NCBI GenBank assembly: GCA_964106915.2
Contig: OZ066921.1
Source: Podarcis gaigeae
Lineage: Eukaryota
Length of the DNA stretch: 64,000 bases
Strand: one strand, 5' to 3'
The position numbers were made by a program, and so were the translations under genes. Below are positions 59,901 through 64,000 of the stretch, piece by piece (the first letter of the stretch is position 1; every line of letters starts with the position of its first letter). Below the pieces are notes generated by a model that did not search any database, was not told the origin of the DNA, and worked only from the letters and a program-made list of their open reading frames with translations.

Positions 59901-62900
59901 TTAACATATACTTTAGTGGTTGATTATGCAAGTAAGTGGTGGTATCAGATTTGAAAAGGGGCATCCTCATTCTACTTACCCAACTTGTTTCCATCCAGAA
60001 ATTGTTGGACCACAGCTTGCATCACTCCTAACCATTGATCAAGCCTGCTGCGGCTAATGGGAGTTATAGTCCACCCACATCTGGAGGCAATCAAATAAGA
60101 GAAAACTGCCCTAAGGTGTTCAAAACGCCACCTGCTCTTTTGTTTTCTAAAATAGAAAGCAAGCCTTGCCATGTGCTTCTGAATCTCTCAATCTAGCACA
60201 GTAGTAGATTAGATGAGAGCCAGTGTGGTGTAGTGATTAAGAGTGGTAGTCTCGTAATCTGCGGAAACGGGTTCGCGTCTCTGCTCCTCCACATGCAGCT
60301 GCTGGGTGACCTTGGGCCAGTCACACTTCTTTGAAGTCTCTCAGCCCCACTCACCCCACAGAGTGTTTGTTGTGGGGGAGGAAGGGAAAGGAGAATGTTA
60401 GCCGCTTTGAGACTCCTTAAAGGGAGTGAAAGGCGGGATATCAAATCCAAACTCTTCTTCTTCTTCTTCTTAAATTGGTTATTGAAAACTAATTTCTTAC
60501 TCCAGCCAATGACACTGTCCAGACCAAGAAGCCCTTGAAACAAAATATCCTGCCCAGGAGAAAAGGGACACTACGATTGGCTCAGACCCTTTTAAGCTTT
60601 TGGCATTTTGGGAGTTGTAATCCAAAAATGCCTAGAGGGCACCAGGTTGGTGAATGATGGTGCAAGCTATGGGAGGGCTTATAGCAGCAGGAGCAGAGCA
60701 CCTATGTTGCAGGTGCAAGGAACCCCAGTTTCAAGTGGAAACAGTCATAGGCTCGATCGGCAGATTTTGCTTGTCTTTAAGGCTGCCTGCTTCATATGCT
60801 GGGCATTACATTCACTCTCTCCTTCCCCGCCCCGCCCCCTCCTTCTTCCCCTTCTCCCTCCTCCTCTGCCATCCCCTTTGGCACCAAACCAGGCACCTCC
60901 GTGATGCAGGTCACCGCTACGGATGCAGACGATGGCATAACACAACTCAACGGTGTCATTGCCTACTCCATTTTGAGCCAGGTTCCCGAGGTGCCCCACA
61001 AGCAGATGTTCGCCATCAACAAGGCAACAGGGGCCATCAGTGTGATTGCCAGTGGCCTGGACCGAGAGGTAAAAGGCCAGCTGGGGGGCGGGGAGCCATA
61101 TAACTGGTGGAGTGGGTAATGGGCCTTGGCTGCCTGGGTGGAAAGGCAGCATCGCAGTAAGTACAGTGACTAGCTAAACTCTGGGATCTGCTGCCATAAG
61201 AGGTAGTGGCAGCCAACAATTTGGAATGGACAAATTTCTGGAGGGCTATATTCTTGTGATAGGGCATTATTTCTTGTGATTCCCAGCAACTGGTTTTTGA
61301 AGTGGGGGACAGAGTGCTGTTTTGCTCATGTCCTCCCAGTGGGGTTCCCAGAAGAGGCATCTGATTGGTCACTGCAGGGACAGGATGCTGGAGTAGATGG
61401 CCCTTTCCACTTTAGGGCTGTCTTTCTGTTCTGAAGTAAGTACCGCTGGAGCAGAGAAGAGTTTTAGCTCTAACCCTCTTCTCAAACCTCAGGAGTCCTT
61501 CCTCTTTGGAGAGCTGCAGGATCCTGGACATGAATTCATCTTCAGATGACTTGTAGGCCTAGTGGGGCCCAGGGAGGTCCGCTTTGCTATTCCCAGATTA
61601 GACACAAATCCAGGCAGGAGGTGTGGTTTCAAGGGTCTAGACCTGGTTTGCGTGTGTGAGAATGTCTGCAGTGGGTGGCGTACTTTTTCCACAGGCTACA
61701 GAGTGAAGGAAGAGACGCTTTTACTCAAATGGAGCCTTTGTCAATCCGTCACTAATACCAACCACAATACTTGCCTCTTCCAGAGAGTGAGCGAATACAC
61801 ACTGACCCTGCAAGCAGCAGACTTGGATGGCGATGGCTTAACTGGCACCGCAGTGGCTGTGATAGAAGTTGCAGATGTAAATGACAACGCACCAGAGTTC
61901 AAGGAGCCAACGGTAGCAATCCTGCATTCTTTGGAGCAACTACTGGGGGGGGCTTGTGGGGAGATGCACATGACATTGGGGTGTCTCAAGGGGTCAGACA
62001 ATGCAGCAGCTCCTTTAAATGCTTAGGGTTTTGTAACTGTTGTGTAGACAACTGCTGCTTATAGCAACCCCCATTGTTTTAGATCTTCCTGGTTGCAAAA
62101 CGGCCTTTGGCTTATGTGGGTCAGAAATTTCATCCCAAAGCCCCAACAGGATAGGCACACCCCTGGCTGCACAGATGATTCCAGCAGACTGAGGACTGCT
62201 GCTGACAAGGCCACTAGGAGTTTGCATACTAAGCTGAAGGGGTTGGGGACAGGTTGTTGGGTTGTGTTGGGTTGTGTAGTGCATGCATAATGGGGCTGTG
62301 CCTTGCAAGCAGAGAAGAGCATTTCCCAATCTGTGCAGCTAACTGGGTGGTTCCACTTCTCCTAGTACTCTGCAGAAGTACCAGAGAACGAAGCAGGGCT
62401 GGAGGTCGTGAGGCTGGCTGTGACTGACAAGGATGCGGTCGGCTCCCCAGCATGGCTTGCAGAGTACAACATTGTGCAAGGCAATGAGGGGAATTCCTTC
62501 ACTATCTCCACTGATCCAGAAACCAATGAAGGCATCTTGAAAACGGCTAAAGTAGGTGCTGGAATGTGTGTGCTTGTACACCTATTTTATTTAGGAATTT
62601 TTTTGTGCTGCTTAATCAACAAAGTATAATTTAAGCGGTTGGCAAAGAGTTGTACAAACTATTTATGGGTAGGGTGGGGGAATAAAAGCAGGCTTTAAAA
62701 ACAGTACACATTATAAAATCAGAATATAGATAAAATCAACATTAAAAATATATACATAATAAAATAGCATGCCTGGATAAGCTTCCCTATGTGGAAAAGG
62801 TTTTAACAGATGTCAGAAACAGTCCAATTGAGGTGCCTGTTGGATATCAATGGGCAGGGAGTTCCAGAGAACAAATGCTGCCATTGTAAATGTGGAATAA

Positions 62901-63739
62901 TTTTTTGTGACACTTGTAGAGCTGCCATTTCCCATGCTAGCACAAAAGAGAAAGCAGTCAGTAGAGTAGGGCTAGCATTAACAAAAACAACAACCCACTT
63001 TCTAGTTGGAAAACAGCATTTCATGATGGAGAGCAAGTATATATTTATTTGCATTTTCTTAATTTTGGGGGAATGGCTTTTGGGGCTATGGGACTAATAA
63101 TAAAATGCTCAGGTGGACATAAAGATGGATCTGGGAGTTGAGTTAAGAACCACCTCCTGATTCATTGCAAGTCCTCAGTAAATATGTGCATTTAATCAAA
63201 CATGAGGAGTTAAGAACCTGTTAGGATGCTGAAGGAGCAATAACAGCAATGCTGTAGCCCAGCTGTGCAAAACATCTGGTGGTTGGCAAAGGCTGCTGTT
63301 GCCTACAGCTGTTGTCCTTGCAGTAAGGTAGTTTGCCTAGTCCAAGAGACACACAGGGGGAGGGAAGCAGATGCCCTTGGCTCTAGTTCACAACAGCGGT
63401 TGCTGCAGTTGCCCTCCCTGGTTTTGCCACTCCTCTCCTGCTTCAGCCCCAGCAAATGCCAGTTCCACATGTCTGGTTTTTTCCTTGTTTTTAGGGCTTG
63501 GACTTTGAAGCAAAGAAACAGTACCTGCTGCAAGTAGCTGTCACCAACCAGGCCCCTTTTGTGGTGAAGCTCCCAACCTCCACAGCTACTGTGATAATCA
63601 ATGTGAAGGATGTGAATGAGGCCCCAGTCTTTGCACCTCCCATCCACAAGGCAGAGGTTTCAGAGGACATCCCAATAGGGCAGAAAGTCACCGCATACAC
63701 AGCACAGGACCCAGATAAGATGCAATCCCAGAAAATCAA
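46981..63739 (+). CDS. CDH3: Classical type-I cadherin, CDH3 (P-/B-cadherin)-like, exons 1-10, 3'-partial: 46981-47031, 47228-47342, 57473-57693, 58441-58587, 58829-58984, 59352-59496, 60893-61068, 61784-61912, 62366-62551, 63495-63739
   Basis: Signal peptide [17 protein letters not shown] (human CDH3 begins MGLPR), prodomain, [41 protein letters not shown], and EC3 into EC4. Exon sizes 115/156/145/176/129/186/245 follow the CDH1/CDH3 pattern. Cadherin identity is certain; CDH3 versus CDH1 is less so. Confidence 0.85.
54196..54437. mobile_element. Tc1/mariner-like MITE
   Basis: TIRs CAGTCATACCTTGGTT and AACCGAAGTATGACTG; TA on the left flank. Confidence 0.7.
54657..54792. mobile_element. Palindromic hAT-type MITE
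   Basis: TIRs CAGGCATCCCCAACCT and AGGTTGGGGATGCCTG; perfect 8-bp TSD GTGTAGAC. Confidence 0.9.
60218..60470 (+). mobile_element. tRNA-derived squamate SINE (Squam3-like)
   Basis: Head with A/B boxes (GTGGTGTAGTGATTAAG…GGGTTCGCGTCTC), body GGGTGACCTTGGGCCAGTCAC, and a (CTT)n tail. Confidence 0.8.
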
Positions 63740-64000
63740 GTAAGCATTTCTGTTGCTGGTTGGCCAGGAGTTGAGCCTAGTGGGGTGAATAGTGTTAACA
63801 GCCAGGCAGCATTGGCTTAATGGCCCGATGAGAGGTGGGTGGAGATCAATGGTGCTGATCGCCGATAGCAAAAGCCACATCAGGCTGGGCTTTGTTGCTT
63901 CTAAACATTTCCATGTTCCAAGAACGGGATGTCCATCAATGCTCAGTGGCTCCGTCTTAATAAATGGAACCCTGGGTGCTTGAAAGGGAGGGCAGGAAAT

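Overview
Vertebrate genomic DNA, very probably from a squamate (lacertid-type lizard, inferred from Sauria/Squam SINEs). I rebuilt the spliced genes by eye. DBNDD1 lies on the minus strand (4 coding exons, 164 aa). GAS8/DRC4 lies on the plus strand, divergent from it (11 coding exons, 482 aa). A URAH (5-hydroxyisourate hydrolase, transthyretin-like) module lies on the minus strand. Exons 1-10 of a CDH3/B-cadherin-like classical cadherin lie on the plus strand and run off the window end. The main finding is a second, divergent but intact cadherin on the minus strand (36340-32481), directly upstream of URAH. It has a signal peptide, no folded prodomain, a furin site and only EC1-EC2, and it lacks Trp2. 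It ends at a new phase-0 splice donor. The URAH exons 1.4 kb downstream begin at a phase-0 acceptor and have no recognisable PTS2 exon or start Met of their own. Splicing the two gives an uninterrupted 371-aa secreted cadherin(EC1-2)-HIU hydrolase chimera. This fusion is inferred from splice signals and needs transcript evidence. The rest of the window is introns and intergenic DNA with SINEs, hAT and Tc1/mariner MITEs, LINE fragments and microsatellites.
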